64,000 nt of DNA from Sulfolobales archaeon (GCA_038867615.1 JAWBYA010000002.1:1-64000), one strand, 5' to 3'; positions 9,335 through 20,165 are shown, counted from the first letter of the stretch. Numbers and translations: made by a program. Notes: a model not told the origin generated them from the sequence alone.

Positions 9335-10027
9335 ATGTATATGTGGATCTCTTCTCTGAGGTTTCTCAACAGCTTCTGGAGCTCTAGCTCTAGAGGTGAG
9401 ATTGCTGAAGATCTGTTAAGGGGTTTTGAGGAGATATCCAGAGAATCTCTTTTAACAAGGACATATCTACCCCTCAGGGGAGGTATAGATCTTATTGTAT
9501 GGCTTGCATCGGAATCGCTATCCCCTATATCTAGGCTAAGGATCCTCTTGAGAAGCTCTTTCGGGCAACACGTTGAGGAGATCCATACATTCCTAACAAT
9601 ATATAGAGCATCACCCTATCTAGCCCATCACCAGGATCTTAGAGAGAATATTATTAGGGCTTCGAAAGAGCCGCTGAGGTATTTAATAGCATACCCAATG
9701 AAGAAATCGCCCGAGTGGTACCTATTACCATTTAAAGAGAGGGTCGAGATAATGGCTGAGCATGCATCGATGGCGAGAAGCCTCTCCTCAGGCAAAAAAA
9801 TAAGATCCTATACCACCTATAGCTATGGTATTGATGATAACGAGTTCCTCGTAATCTACGAGGTAGAGGATCTCGCTGAGTGGTCTGTTATCGTGGAGAG
9901 GCTTAGAGAGGCGCGGCATAGAAAATGGATCGTGAGGGAAGAGCCCCTGCTAGTTGGAGAGCTATTAGAGGATATTAGATCATATATAGGTGGGAGATCT
10001 ACAGCATCACCTAAGCTGGATCAATAG
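9335..10027 (+). CDS. Chlorite dismutase/coproheme decarboxylase (Cld/ChdC) family heme protein
   Basis: YPMKKSPEWYLLPFKERVEIMAEH (proximal His) and TYSYGIDDNEF; likely start ATG 9335 (ORF track 9269). Confidence 0.85.
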   Translation: MYMWISSLRFLNSFWSSSSRGEIAEDLLRGFEEISRESLLTRTYLPLRGGIDLIVWLASESLSPISRLRILLRSSFGQHVEEIHTFLTIYRASPYLAHHQDLRENIIRASKEPLRYLIAYPMKKSPEWYLLPFKERVEIMAEHASMARSLSSGKKIRSYTTYSYGIDDNEFLVIYEVEDLAEWSVIVERLREARHRKWIVREEPLLVGELLEDIRSYIGGRSTASPKLDQ

Positions 10028-10525
10028 CCCTATAACAAACAGGATCAACCCTGCCACCAGAGCTATAGATCTATCGATATTAAAGCCCAGAAGCCCAACG
10101 TATAAGAGATAGCCAGCAATAGCTGAAGTAACGAAAACCAGGATCGGGTTGTGGAGCATGAAGCCTATTATAAAGCCTAGAAGTCCTGCCAGCAATCCCG
10201 CCAAGAGCCCGCCTAGAGAGAAGCCGATTGTGAAGAGCACTAGGGCGAGACCGAAACCAACTGCTATTGGTAGTAAGAGAACACCGAGCAAGCCACCTAG
10301 TATAAAGCCAACTATACCGATGATGATCGATAATGGAGATCCTAGCATCATGTTTCCCAAATAGTATAGAAGCAAACCTAGAGAAGCACCTCCTAGAAGG
10401 AAAACAACAACCTTCGCAAAGGTCTTCCCAGCAAAGGCAAGGATCAGGGATAACACGACCAACAGGATAGATCCTAAGGCGCCTCCAGGGATCTGACTAG
10501 CCCTGATCATAAGAATATAGCCCAT
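10007..10525 (-). CDS. Gly/Leu-rich multi-pass membrane protein (DUF4203-like)
   Basis: About 6-7 hydrophobic helices. Confidence 0.75.
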   Translation of the reverse strand: MGYILMIRASQIPGGALGSILLVVLSLILAFAGKTFAKVVVFLLGGASLGLLLYYLGNMMLGSPLSIIIGIVGFILGGLLGVLLLPIAVGFGLALVLFTIGFSLGGLLAGLLAGLLGFIIGFMLHNPILVFVTSAIAGYLLYVGLLGFNIDRSIALVAGLILFVIGLLIQLR

Positions 10526-10888
10526 CCTATACTAGTTTAGCGTAAATAAAAATTAGGAAATAAAGATCGTAGTAAAATCCCTGGAGAGAAAATGGGAACT
10601 GCCCTCCAGAGATCTTCGAGGCTCATCCGCATAATCCCGTATCCACAGGTATGATCATATCTACAAGATCCTTGTCAGCCTAGCTGGGGCAGGTCTGGCA
10701 ATAACTACAAGACATAACTACGCAAAATGTATAATGCGGTTATTTTGATTGGCAACGATACCTGCTCTACGCACCTAACGATCATCTTAGCTATTAAAGC
10801 AAAGCTAAACAGAGATCGGTAAAGAATACCAAGCCTGCGGGAACAAAAGACTATTAGGCAGAAAAACTGCTTTTTATATTGAAACCCT

Positions 10889-11965
10889 CTAGAGTATTAT
10901 AATGACTCTACCAAGGTGTTTAGCCCCAGCTACTGATTTGATCGCCTCGTTAACCTCCTCCTCATCGAATCTGTATCTTTTGCTAATCACTTTCACATAA
11001 TTCACCAAGCCTTTGCGTGCGTGCTTTATGACCTCATGCTGATCGCCTAGGGAGCCTGTGTAAACACCGAAGATCTTGATCTCGTTACGGATTATGTATG
11101 GCACGGGAATGGTGGCTTCGTAGCTCATTAATCCCACCATAGCGTATACACCAAGAGTTGTGAGGGTCTTTAGATATGTTCCAATGGTTTGGGATAAACC
11201 TACTAAGTCTATTACGGCCTTGACACCCTCGCCCCTAGTTATCTCTGAGATAGCTTTCACGGGATCTTCTCTAGCGGGGTTTACCGCAGCATCGATCTTG
11301 ACCAGCTTAGAGACAAACTCTATAGCCTCGTCCCTGATATCAGCAACCAGTAGGTTGGCGTGTGGCAACAATGCTTTTACCCATTGAACCGCATAGGCTC
11401 CCAGACCTCCAAGCCCGACTACTAGCACGTGTTCATCCGAACCTACGTAGGGCTTTATCTTCTTCACAGCATTATATGTCGTTAGCCCAGCACAGGCTAG
11501 CGGTGCTGCTGCCTGGGGATCTTCAAGGCCATCGATATTCACTATATATCTATAATGCTGCACAAGCAGGTATTCCTGCAAACCGCCTGGAACATCTATG
11601 CTAAGCCGGGCGCGTTTTCTGGCTAACTGTGTATACCCGCTTAACGTACGCTCATCCTCCTCAGCAAACCCCCACGGATATACTAGAACCCTACCTCCAA
11701 CCCTAATATTCTCCGGCACCTTATCGCCTTTGGCTACAACCACACCTGTTATTTCGTGAGAAAGTATCCATGGCAGCGTCTTAGGTACTCCTACAGGCCT
11801 ATAGTCACCTGCCCAGAGATGAATATCCGAGTGACAGATCCCGGCTGAAATAACCCTCACAAGCACCTCATCGTCCTTCGGTGCAGAGGTTGAGACCTCT
11901 TCTATCGTTAATGGTTTACCGAAATCGCGGATGAGTGCTGCTCGGTGCTTGGTGGGGATTGCTAT
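10889..11965 (-). CDS. Zinc-dependent alcohol dehydrogenase, MDR family (probable ATA start)
   Basis: GICHSD, LSHE, ACAGLTTY, VGLGGLG; the frame extends upstream to IAIPTKHRAALIRDFGKPLTIEEV, a typical MDR N-terminus. Confidence 0.88.
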   Translation of the reverse strand: MAIPTKHRAALIRDFGKPLTIEEVSTSAPKDDEVLVRVISAGICHSDIHLWAGDYRPVGVPKTLPWILSHEITGVVVAKGDKVPENIRVGGRVLVYPWGFAEEDERTLSGYTQLARKRARLSIDVPGGLQEYLLVQHYRYIVNIDGLEDPQAAAPLACAGLTTYNAVKKIKPYVGSDEHVLVVGLGGLGAYAVQWVKALLPHANLLVADIRDEAIEFVSKLVKIDAAVNPAREDPVKAISEITRGEGVKAVIDLVGLSQTIGTYLKTLTTLGVYAMVGLMSYEATIPVPYIIRNEIKIFGVYTGSLGDQHEVIKHARKGLVNYVKVISKRYRFDEEEVNEAIKSVAGAKHLGRVIIIL

Positions 11966-12120
11966 GATCCCACCACTATAACGCTCTGTAGGGCGGTTAA
12001 TATGATTTTGATTTATTTCAACTAGCCGAACTATCAGAGGCTTCTATATTCTTGATTTTTGTAAGCCTAGTTTCTCGCGATCTAGGGTTGATGTTTAAAT
12101 ATGCGGGATTCGTGGTTGGG

Positions 12121-13302
12121 TTAGCTAGGACTTGATCCTCGATATATAATGGATCTATCTATTTTTATGGATCTGCTGTTCAGTATTGTTAGTTTAACGC
12201 TCTCTGGACCTCCTCTCTTTACTATAGCATATTCTATGTTGGCTATGTTTGAAAGATCTATCCATGGGCTTCTAAGCCCTATGAGTCTTGATGGCATCCC
12301 CTCGTCTATGTAGTTTTTATAACCAAGGATCTCTGCTGCTTCTATAGTGGCGATCCTTATTATTCTCAACGGCTCTAGATCCACGCCCTGTTGTCTTGAG
12401 AGTAGGAGGAGCAGTTCTAGATCTCTCCATATGTCTGGCTTAACCCAGCCCCCATTATCACTTCCAACACCGACCCTTATACCGGATCTCAGGATCGCTC
12501 TGAGATCTGGTTGTCTTGAGAACCACATATTGCTCCTAGGACACATAGCAAGCCCAACTCCCCTCGATGCTAGGTAACCCAGCTCGCCCTCATCTAGAAA
12601 AACCCCGTGGATCGCTAGCCTAAGCCTCCTGAGGTTAGATATAGCCTCGAAATCCCTCTCGTTTCTCGTCTCTCTAACCTCTGCTACATGGGATGCTATG
12701 TAGCCGTCCAGCTCTTCTGCAATCCTGTCCAGAAGCCCTAGCTCTTCTTTTGAGTAGTAATGGGGTGAGGAGATCCCTATCCATCTAGCTCTTGAGAATA
12801 GCCCTCTAACCTCTTCCCCGAATCCTTGTTCCCCAATCTTTGTAGGCATAGCCATCGGTATATAGATCCCCTCGAAACCCTGAGCCCCTTCGAAACCCTG
12901 TTCAAGCCCCTCTAAGCCTCCTTCCCTAAAATCTGCTACAAAACCCACTCCAGCTTCTTTCTGCATCTCTAGAAAGAGCCTTATACCACTCGGGATCCTG
13001 TCTCTCATTTTCCTAAGCATTATATACTTAGCACCATATGGCTCGCCGACAACGCTATCTATATCTAGATCCGATCCAAGCTCCATGAAGCTCGTATCAG
13101 CTGTGTGGACGTGGAGATTAACTAGGGGAGGCATAACAACCCCCTCCCTAAGATCTATGACCATATCAGCGTTATGATCGTTTGAGAACCCATTATATAT
13201 GCTTACTATAACCCCGTCCTCTATATAGAGGCTAGCCCTCTTAGTAATAATAGGCTCCGAACCCCGCACCAGGGCCCCAGCCCAGATAAGGATCCTCAAC
13301 AA
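12121..13302 (-). CDS. Amidohydrolase family protein (deaminase-like)
   Basis: PPLVNLHVH, SHVAE, IHGV, CPRSN, GVGSDN. Confidence 0.88.
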   Translation of the reverse strand: MLRILIWAGALVRGSEPIITKRASLYIEDGVIVSIYNGFSNDHNADMVIDLREGVVMPPLVNLHVHTADTSFMELGSDLDIDSVVGEPYGAKYIMLRKMRDRIPSGIRLFLEMQKEAGVGFVADFREGGLEGLEQGFEGAQGFEGIYIPMAMPTKIGEQGFGEEVRGLFSRARWIGISSPHYYSKEELGLLDRIAEELDGYIASHVAEVRETRNERDFEAISNLRRLRLAIHGVFLDEGELGYLASRGVGLAMCPRSNMWFSRQPDLRAILRSGIRVGVGSDNGGWVKPDIWRDLELLLLLSRQQGVDLEPLRIIRIATIEAAEILGYKNYIDEGMPSRLIGLRSPWIDLSNIANIEYAIVKRGGPESVKLTILNSRSIKIDRSIIYRGSSPS

Positions 13303-13368
13303 AGCCCCAAGGATCTTCTCATAGCCAGGCTATATATCGATTAAACAAGAACTACATATGGGCTTACA

Positions 13369-14688
13369 ATGAGCCATGAGTATGATGTCACAATAATAGG
13401 TGCTGGGATTCTAGGGGCCTCCCTCGCGTTCTGGCTATCTGAGAAGCTGGATGCAAGGATAGCTATAATAGATAGAGAGAAGAAACCAGCCCTCCATGCT
13501 AGTGGGAGGAACACCGGTGTTATTCACAGACCCTTTCACCTCGATCCCGCTAGGAGGAGGATCTCGGCTCTAGCGTCAAACGCCTCCTATGCTTTCTGGA
13601 AAGAGCTCTCGTCAAGGTATAGCCTCCCATGGAGGCAGGTTGGTACCTTGAAGGTGGCTCTAGAGGATAGAGATCTGGCTGTTCTTGAGAAGTACCTAAG
13701 ATGGGGTGAGGAGAATGGGATGGATAGAGAGGAGATGGAGCTTCTAAGCGGGTCAGAGGTTCTAGAGATAGAGCCTGAAGTAAGATGCCCCGGAGCATTG
13801 CTGATCAAGAGCGAGGCCTCGGTAGACTTTGCACTCTATGCTGAAAAACTGGTTGAGCTGAGCATCTCAAACGGTGCTAGGTTTCTGGGAGGATTGAGGG
13901 TTACCAGGATCTCTGAGCAGGGCGAGGGTGTCGAGATCCTTGTTACCAATGGTGGCAAGACCACGAGGATCAGGTCGAGGATGCTTATTAACGCAGCAGG
14001 AGGCGAGTCCCTGGATCTCGCTAGACAGCTAGGCCTCGGTAGAGAATATGCTGTGCTCTTCTTCAGAGGCGATTACTGGAGGGTTAGCCAGGACTCTGGT
14101 TTGAGGATTGGGAGGAACATCTATAGCGTCCCAAGGCATGCAGGCTTCCCCTTCCTCGATCCCCACTTTATAGTGAGGCATGATGGGTCAAACGATGTGG
14201 GTCCCAATGCTGTCCCTGTGTTAGGACCTTATGCATATAAAGGATTCTCAGAAAGCCTTGCTAGGGCTGTGAAAACCGTTTTTGGAAAACCCCTCTACCC
14301 AAAACTAAGGCTTGTGTTTAACAGGGAGTTCCTCTCCCTAGCCTATAGCGAGTGGATGAGCACTCTATCCAAGAGGGCCATGGCTTCTAGAGTGGCTAGG
14401 TTTATCCCAAGGCTTAAGCACCAAATGCTTGTGGAAAGGATCCCTGGGGGTGTTAGGAGCCAGGTTATAAGCTCCAGCGGGATCATGCATGACCCGGTGA
14501 TCCTTGTTGGGGGGAGGAGTATACACGTTATCAACTATAACTCGCCAGGTGCTACAGGAGCCCCAGGCTTCGCAGCATATATCTATAGGCTTGCTGAGGA
14601 GAAAGGATTCATAGAGGGTTTTAAAAAGAGACAACCTATGCATGGCGACCTTATAGATGTTGTGGAGAAAAGACTAGATCTTCTCTAG
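13369..14688 (+). CDS. FAD-dependent oxidoreductase, L-2-hydroxyglutarate oxidase-like
   Basis: IIGAGILG, HASGRNTGVIH, FRGDYW, PFLDPHF, GPNAV, NSPGAT. Confidence 0.82.
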   Translation: MSHEYDVTIIGAGILGASLAFWLSEKLDARIAIIDREKKPALHASGRNTGVIHRPFHLDPARRRISALASNASYAFWKELSSRYSLPWRQVGTLKVALEDRDLAVLEKYLRWGEENGMDREEMELLSGSEVLEIEPEVRCPGALLIKSEASVDFALYAEKLVELSISNGARFLGGLRVTRISEQGEGVEILVTNGGKTTRIRSRMLINAAGGESLDLARQLGLGREYAVLFFRGDYWRVSQDSGLRIGRNIYSVPRHAGFPFLDPHFIVRHDGSNDVGPNAVPVLGPYAYKGFSESLARAVKTVFGKPLYPKLRLVFNREFLSLAYSEWMSTLSKRAMASRVARFIPRLKHQMLVERIPGGVRSQVISSSGIMHDPVILVGGRSIHVINYNSPGATGAPGFAAYIYRLAEEKGFIEGFKKRQPMHGDLIDVVEKRLDLL

Positions 14689-14707
14689 ATCTGTGAAACG
14701 CTCTGCC

Positions 14708-15082
14708 TTACCGCCTCACCAGAGCTAGCAGTGATAAGATACCAAGGATTGTTAGGAGAAGCAGCACAGGAATGTGTGCCTCCCACATGGGCGATAGTGT
14801 GCCATAAGGTGTTATAACGCTCCTAGAGATCCTTCCTGAGTAGAAGAGCGATACCAGGGCCAGTATGGAGGCTCCTGTAACAAACCATCTAGTGGTTAAG
14901 AGAACACCGAGGATCATGGTTATAGCTACCACGATATTCTCAGCCACAAGGAAGCTGGGTAGAGGTACTGCTATGTTGATTGCTATAAAACCCACTGCGA
15001 GGAGCACTGCCAAGGCTCTGAGGATCTGTATCAAGGCTTTCGAAGAGCCATTCATAGTGCTGACCATAATGAATATAAACAC
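14708..15082 (-). CDS. Small hypothetical membrane protein
   Basis: About 4 TM segments; start uncertain. Confidence 0.65.
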   Translation of the reverse strand: MFIFIMVSTMNGSSKALIQILRALAVLLAVGFIAINIAVPLPSFLVAENIVVAITMILGVLLTTRWFVTGASILALVSLFYSGRISRSVITPYGTLSPMWEAHIPVLLLLTILGILSLLALVRR

Positions 15083-15121
15083 AGACTATTAAGCTAGCAG
15101 CCAGGCATGGCAGAGATATTC

Positions 15122-16489
15122 TTAGCATTTCTTCAAAACCCACTCCATATATTCTATCGCCCTATCTATGAGCTCTCTATAGCTTCCTAGATACCTCTTG
15201 GGATCCAGGGCTGCTTTTATCTCCTCCCTCGATAGGATCTTTGATACCTCCTCATCCATTTCCAGAACCTCCTCAAGGCTTCTATTACCCATGCTTCTCG
15301 TCAGTTCTGCTAGCTTCTTATGAGCCCTATGCCTCGGCAGCCCTTTCTCTACAAGCTTGATCATAACAGCTTCAGCCATTATAGCTCCTCTCGTTAGCTT
15401 TAGATTCTCGCTCATTTTACCAACATCTATATATATTGTTTTTAAAAGCCTCTGGGTATCCTCTAGCATTTGATCGATTGTTACGAGCGAGTGCGGTATA
15501 AGGATCCTCTCACTACTACTGTTAGTCAGATCCCTCTCATGCATCAGAGCTATGTTCTCGAGAGCTGTCATAACCATGCCCCTCATGATCTTAGCTAGTC
15601 CCGAGATCCTCTCCGAAATAACGGGGTTTCTCTTCTGGGGCATCGTACTGCTCCCAATCCTCTCACCAGCCTCGTAGATCTCGCTTATCTCTGTTCTGGA
15701 GAGCTCTCTAACCTCTAATGCGAGTCTATCAAGCTGGCTAGCCAGTATTGCTAGCACTGAGACTAGCTCTGCAAAACCATCCCTAGGGGCTACCTGGGTT
15801 GTTATCACATGGGGCTCGAGACCAAGCACCTCCGAGGCTTTCCTCTCAACCTCTAATCCTTTATCGCTCCAGGCGGCCATAGTGCCTACAGCGCCAGAGA
15901 TCTTGGATCTTATGAGCCTAGCCTCGAGAGAGCATATCCTCTCATAACTCCTGCTAAGCTCATAAACATAGTTGGCAAGCTTAAAGCCAAGGGTTATTGG
16001 TAGTGCATGCTGACCATGCGTCCTCCCCGGCATCAGAGCCTCTCTATACCTTATAGAGAGATCTGCGAGATCCTCCAAAACCCCTCTGAGCTTTCTCTTA
16101 ACAACCCCGAGCCCTTCTCTCAAGAGAAGAGCCCATGTGGTGTCAACAATATCATAGCTCGTTGCACCGAGATGCACATAACCCCCGCAGGAGCCGCATC
16201 TCTCGCCGAGGAGGTATGTCAGGGAGGCTATATCATGTCCAAGAACCCTCTCAAGCTCGTAGACCTCTTTAACCTCTATGTCTTCGGAGCATTTCTCGAG
16301 AACCTCAACACAGCCTCTTGGTGCAAGCCCTGCTTCAACAAGCCCTGCCATGAGGGCTGCTTCGACTTTGATGTATGTTTTGACAATGTTTCTTAGAGAG
16401 AAGATCTCTCTTATCTCCTTGGAACCATATCTCCACTCAAGAGGACATATATTGGTTGAGATCATATCAGCATCCATAGATATCACCAA
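15122..16489 (-). CDS. purB: Adenylosuccinate lyase
   Basis: HLGATSYDI, GRTHGQHA, GAVGT and the SSTMPQKRNP signature. Confidence 0.96.
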   Translation of the reverse strand: MVISMDADMISTNICPLEWRYGSKEIREIFSLRNIVKTYIKVEAALMAGLVEAGLAPRGCVEVLEKCSEDIEVKEVYELERVLGHDIASLTYLLGERCGSCGGYVHLGATSYDIVDTTWALLLREGLGVVKRKLRGVLEDLADLSIRYREALMPGRTHGQHALPITLGFKLANYVYELSRSYERICSLEARLIRSKISGAVGTMAAWSDKGLEVERKASEVLGLEPHVITTQVAPRDGFAELVSVLAILASQLDRLALEVRELSRTEISEIYEAGERIGSSTMPQKRNPVISERISGLAKIMRGMVMTALENIALMHERDLTNSSSERILIPHSLVTIDQMLEDTQRLLKTIYIDVGKMSENLKLTRGAIMAEAVMIKLVEKGLPRHRAHKKLAELTRSMGNRSLEEVLEMDEEVSKILSREEIKAALDPKRYLGSYRELIDRAIEYMEWVLKKC

Positions 16490-16649
16490 TAGAGTGTTTC
16501 CCTTAGTATTTTATCTCTGATAGCAAGGTTAGATCTATTTGTGGGTTTCAATACTTCTGAGCTCACCACCATGTCGCGGATTATTAAGGATCTACTTATC
16601 CACAACATAGCCACCCATAGGTATCTTACCACCATCAACGCGATACAGC

Positions 16650-17777
16650 CTATGTGATGATATCGCTTAAGCAGCCCCTCTCCACACATTCCCTAATCTC
16701 CTCAGCTATCCTCCATCCCATGCTGACAGGTCTGCCGAAGTATAGTTTAGAGTACTGGCTCCCTACCCCCATATACGCGTTAGTACCTCCCCCTATTCTG
16801 AAAGCTACATCGAAGACCACTATGTCTAGATCCTTCGTAACAACTAGCTGGAGCGTGAATGGACCCACTATCCCTGGCGGCTCTATCTTACGTGTAGCCT
16901 CAACAAATCTATCCCCAGCATCGAAGAGCTTCTCCAACATGCTCTCACGTATTGTAACTGGCTCATGCCCTATCTCGATCATCTCGATATCGATATAGTC
17001 GCCAAGATCTAGCTGTATGTTTGCTGGGAGCTTGAGTATACCATCTAGGTTCGTCTGGATCCTTCTATCGATACTGAGTATCTCGATCCTATTCTTGGCA
17101 ACAGAGTGGAAGTAGTTTACATTGAAATGGGCTCCCAGCACGAGCTCTTCTATCGATGCTCTCCCCATATCTTCCTCCCTAACCACGCCCCTTTCTATGA
17201 GTCTATCCAGCTTACGTTTTAGATCGCTTTTATCTAATGCTATAAAGAACCCCCTCTCAACCCTCTTCTTCGCATGAGGAATCTTAACAATAACAGGCCT
17301 ATCCACCTCATCCACATCCCTGAAGATCATTGGGCGCCTCAGCCTAGCCTCATCGAGAAGCTTATAGTAGGTCTTATCCCCCACACGCTCCTCATATCTA
17401 AGTAGATATCTGTTACCAAAGATAGGTAACGGGAATTCTCTCTCGATGTTCTCATACCCAACATATACCGCAAAGCTTCTGTTGGGGATAAAGATCGCGG
17501 AGCGTTTTCTAAGCCTGTCTATGATCTCAGGCCTAACCACGTCAGCGAATCTGTTTAGCAAGACTACCTCGTCTATAACCCTACTAAACCTAGCATAGGT
17601 CTTCTCCCTCCCCACCTCACAGACCGCTATCGTTTCAAAACCCACATCCTTAGCCCCGTCAAAGACGTCTAGCGCCGAGTGACTAGCTATAGCTGCTATG
17701 CCTATTCTCTTAGTATCATAACCCTTTAACAGATCGTTGGGGTTATATTTCAATGCTCTCACCACACCTCCACCCAA
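16650..17777 (-). CDS. purP: PurP-family ATP-grasp formate-dependent ligase
   Basis: ASHSALD, PNRSF, ERGFF, DRRIQTNLDG, GPFTLQ, RIGGGTN; the start is probably the GTG a few codons in. Confidence 0.88.
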   Translation of the reverse strand: MGGGVVRALKYNPNDLLKGYDTKRIGIAAIASHSALDVFDGAKDVGFETIAVCEVGREKTYARFSRVIDEVVLLNRFADVVRPEIIDRLRKRSAIFIPNRSFAVYVGYENIEREFPLPIFGNRYLLRYEERVGDKTYYKLLDEARLRRPMIFRDVDEVDRPVIVKIPHAKKRVERGFFIALDKSDLKRKLDRLIERGVVREEDMGRASIEELVLGAHFNVNYFHSVAKNRIEILSIDRRIQTNLDGILKLPANIQLDLGDYIDIEMIEIGHEPVTIRESMLEKLFDAGDRFVEATRKIEPPGIVGPFTLQLVVTKDLDIVVFDVAFRIGGGTNAYMGVGSQYSKLYFGRPVSMGWRIAEEIRECVERGCLSDIIT

Positions 17778-18080
17778 GCCTTATCCTGACAGACCCGGTT
17801 CCTTCGGTTATTCTACCTAGAACCCATGATCTAAACCCAATTCTGCCTGCTGGGCTGAGGAGCTGCTCAACCCTATCAGGAGGGCTGGTTAGAATGAGAC
17901 CCACCCCCATGTTGAAGACCCTGTAGGACTCATCTAGATCTATATCACCGTAAGACAAGATTATCTCGAAGATCCTGCCAGGTTTTGGAGCATCAGCCAC
18001 AGCATCTAGGCTGTTGCCCAGGACTCTCTCCATCTTCAACCATCCTCCACCGGTCACATGAGTAGCTGATGATATATATA
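17743..18080 (-). pseudogene. purM: 3' remnant of AIR synthetase
   Basis: ATHVTGGGW...ESYRVFNMGVGLIL...VLGRITEG matches the PurM C-terminus; the N-terminal two-thirds is absent. Confidence 0.8.
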
Positions 18081-18316
18081 GCTATTTTGAACACTTTCAT
18101 AGTGATCCCTCTGAAGCCATCATGATCTAGAAAATGAGCCTCAAACCCAGAGTCCTCAAGCATCCGGGAGAGACGTGAAGAAACAGATACGCAAAGAGCA
18201 CCCTTGCTCAGCGCCGACGCCTTAATAGCGCAGTCACTTGCTGTGGCCTCTTCTTTAAACTCGAACACAAGCTCGCTAGTCTTTCTTACAAAAACGCGCT
18301 TACTTTTACCCCTCAT
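18081..18316 (-). pseudogene. purC: 5' remnant of SAICAR synthetase
   Basis: RGKSKRVF...LVFEFKEEATASD...KGAL...SRMLEDSGFEAHFL matches the PurC N-terminus (GKAK...FKD.ATA.DG...GKG...THF); breaks off after about 78 codons. Confidence 0.75.
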
Positions 18317-18477
18317 ATACTGGGCTACAACGGTGTTTCATCAATAGTTATACATTATTCAGGTAATAATATGAGCTTTTTCTTAAGATACTCGCTCTGG
18401 CTTTTTACATATTAATGTTAATAAGCCCGGCCCAATATATTTTACTGGAATTAGATAAAACCCTAGGCTGGGGTTCT

Positions 18478-19530
18478 ATGCCTGAGGGATACGATCTAGA
18501 TAGGCTGGCTATAGCCACACTGGCAAGCCATAGCTCTCTCCAGATAGTCCATGGGGCGAAGAAAGAGGGGTTCGAGACCCTGCTTGTGGTGACAGAGGAT
18601 AGGGCACAGTTCTACAGACAGTTCAACCATCTCGTAGATCACTTTATCCTAGTTGGAAAATGGAGGGATATATGTTCCGAGCATGTGATGAGATCCCTGC
18701 GTGAGCATAACGCTATCCTCGTACCACATGGGAGCTTTGTGGAGTATGTTGGAATTGACTGTGCACTAAGCCTCCGGATCCCCTTCTTCGGCTTGAGAAG
18801 CCTGCTCAAAGTTGAGGCTAGCCAGCGTGCTAAGATGGAGTTGTTGAGGAGATCAGGGATCCCTGTACCGAGAGACTTCCTCCCAGGAGGCGAGATAGAG
18901 GGGTTAGTGATAGTAAAACTCCCGGGAGCCAAAGGGGGGCGAGGCTATTTTGTAACTAGCTCGCGGCAAGAGGTTGTGGAGAGGCTTGAGGATGCTATAA
19001 GGAGAAGAGAGCTGAACGATATCAACGAAGCCATAGTTCAGGAATACCTGGTCGGGGTGACCGTATATATCCATTACTTTTACAGCCCAATACTTAACCG
19101 TCTAGAGATAACCGGCGCTGATATAAGGTATGAGTCAGATGTGGACGGGCTGAGAAGAATACCCCTGAGAGCACTAGCTGAGCTAGACCTTGAACCCACA
19201 TTCACAGTAGTGGGAAACGTGCCATTAGTGCTTAGAGAAAGCCTGCTACCAATTGTCTACGATTATGGTATGAGGTTCGTGAATACAACTAAAGAACATT
19301 TACCACCAGGCATTATAGGACCCTTCTGCCTTGAAGGAGTAATAGATAGGAATGCCGGCATCAAGATCTTCGAATTCTCAGGAAGAATAGTGGCCGGAAC
19401 CAACATCTATCTAGACGGCAGCCCCTACTCATACCTATACTGGGACGAGCCTATGAGCGTGGGCAGGAGGATTGCTAGAGAGATAAGGCTCGCACTCGAA
19501 AGAGGAGCCTTGGATAAGGTGCTTACCTAA
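18478..19530 (+). CDS. purP: Second PurP-family ATP-grasp protein
   Basis: [43 protein letters not shown]; ATG at 18478 behind GGGG (ORF track 18415). Confidence 0.87.
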   Translation: MPEGYDLDRLAIATLASHSSLQIVHGAKKEGFETLLVVTEDRAQFYRQFNHLVDHFILVGKWRDICSEHVMRSLREHNAILVPHGSFVEYVGIDCALSLRIPFFGLRSLLKVEASQRAKMELLRRSGIPVPRDFLPGGEIEGLVIVKLPGAKGGRGYFVTSSRQEVVERLEDAIRRRELNDINEAIVQEYLVGVTVYIHYFYSPILNRLEITGADIRYESDVDGLRRIPLRALAELDLEPTFTVVGNVPLVLRESLLPIVYDYGMRFVNTTKEHLPPGIIGPFCLEGVIDRNAGIKIFEFSGRIVAGTNIYLDGSPYSYLYWDEPMSVGRRIAREIRLALERGALDKVLT

Positions 19531-19734
19531 CCAAGCAAGTTGGGATCTAAACACCTATTAATTATTATAAGCATTGATCGAGGAACCCGCGAGATCATTG
19601 ATAGAAGGTAAAATTCGGATATTGAAGTTTTTATCTAAAATGGAAATCTTATGAAAGACATATAGTAGCTAGAGAGAAGTTTAGCGCACTAACCTTGAGC
19701 CTTGTTTATTATCTATGGCGCTAATCAGTAATAG

Positions 19735-20165
19735 GGTAACATTCATCGAGAGCTACTATGGAGGCTTGCCGGAGGAAACCCCAGGGCTCTTGGGCTAATT
19801 AGGAGGAGCGGGTTGAGGGTGTGGCTTGAGAACGAGGTGATCGATGGTGTTTTGAGAGCCTTAGACAGTGCTTTTGAGGAGGCTAAAATGCTTGGTAGGG
19901 ATCGCTCATGGGTCATGGATCAGGTTAGGGCTGTTGCAGAGGGTCCCGATGGTCTCTTCGGAGAGCCGCTCAGAGATCATCTTATAGCCAATAACATAGC
20001 GATCTATGTGGCAGCGTCGGAGAAGCTGACAGAACTCCCCAGAGAACCCTGGATAGGAAGGATTTATGCGTTCCAGATCCCGCCTATTACTACACGTTTA
20101 GAGCTATTGCTAAGAAGAACAGTCTAGAAGTGTCGATAGACGATGTAGTAAGGGAGGCGTCGTAG
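19735..20165 (+). pseudogene. C-terminal remnant of an archaeal ATPase paralogous to 6548..7606, with a frameshift
   Basis: The in-frame upstream sequence reads LLWRLAGGNPRAL, then PDGL and WIGRIYAFQIP (compare WRLYGGNPRRL, PDNL, GIGENWAWQVP); no Walker A/B; a frameshift after QIP restores a YY...REAS* tail. Confidence 0.72.

Noticed and set aside
9335-10027. Cld-family gene as a chlorite dismutase partner for (per)chlorate respiration by the Mo enzyme
   Set aside because: By my alignment the distal position in IRSYTTYS is Ser, not the catalytic Arg of true Cld, and the gene is 20 kb away. A ChdC-like role is more likely.
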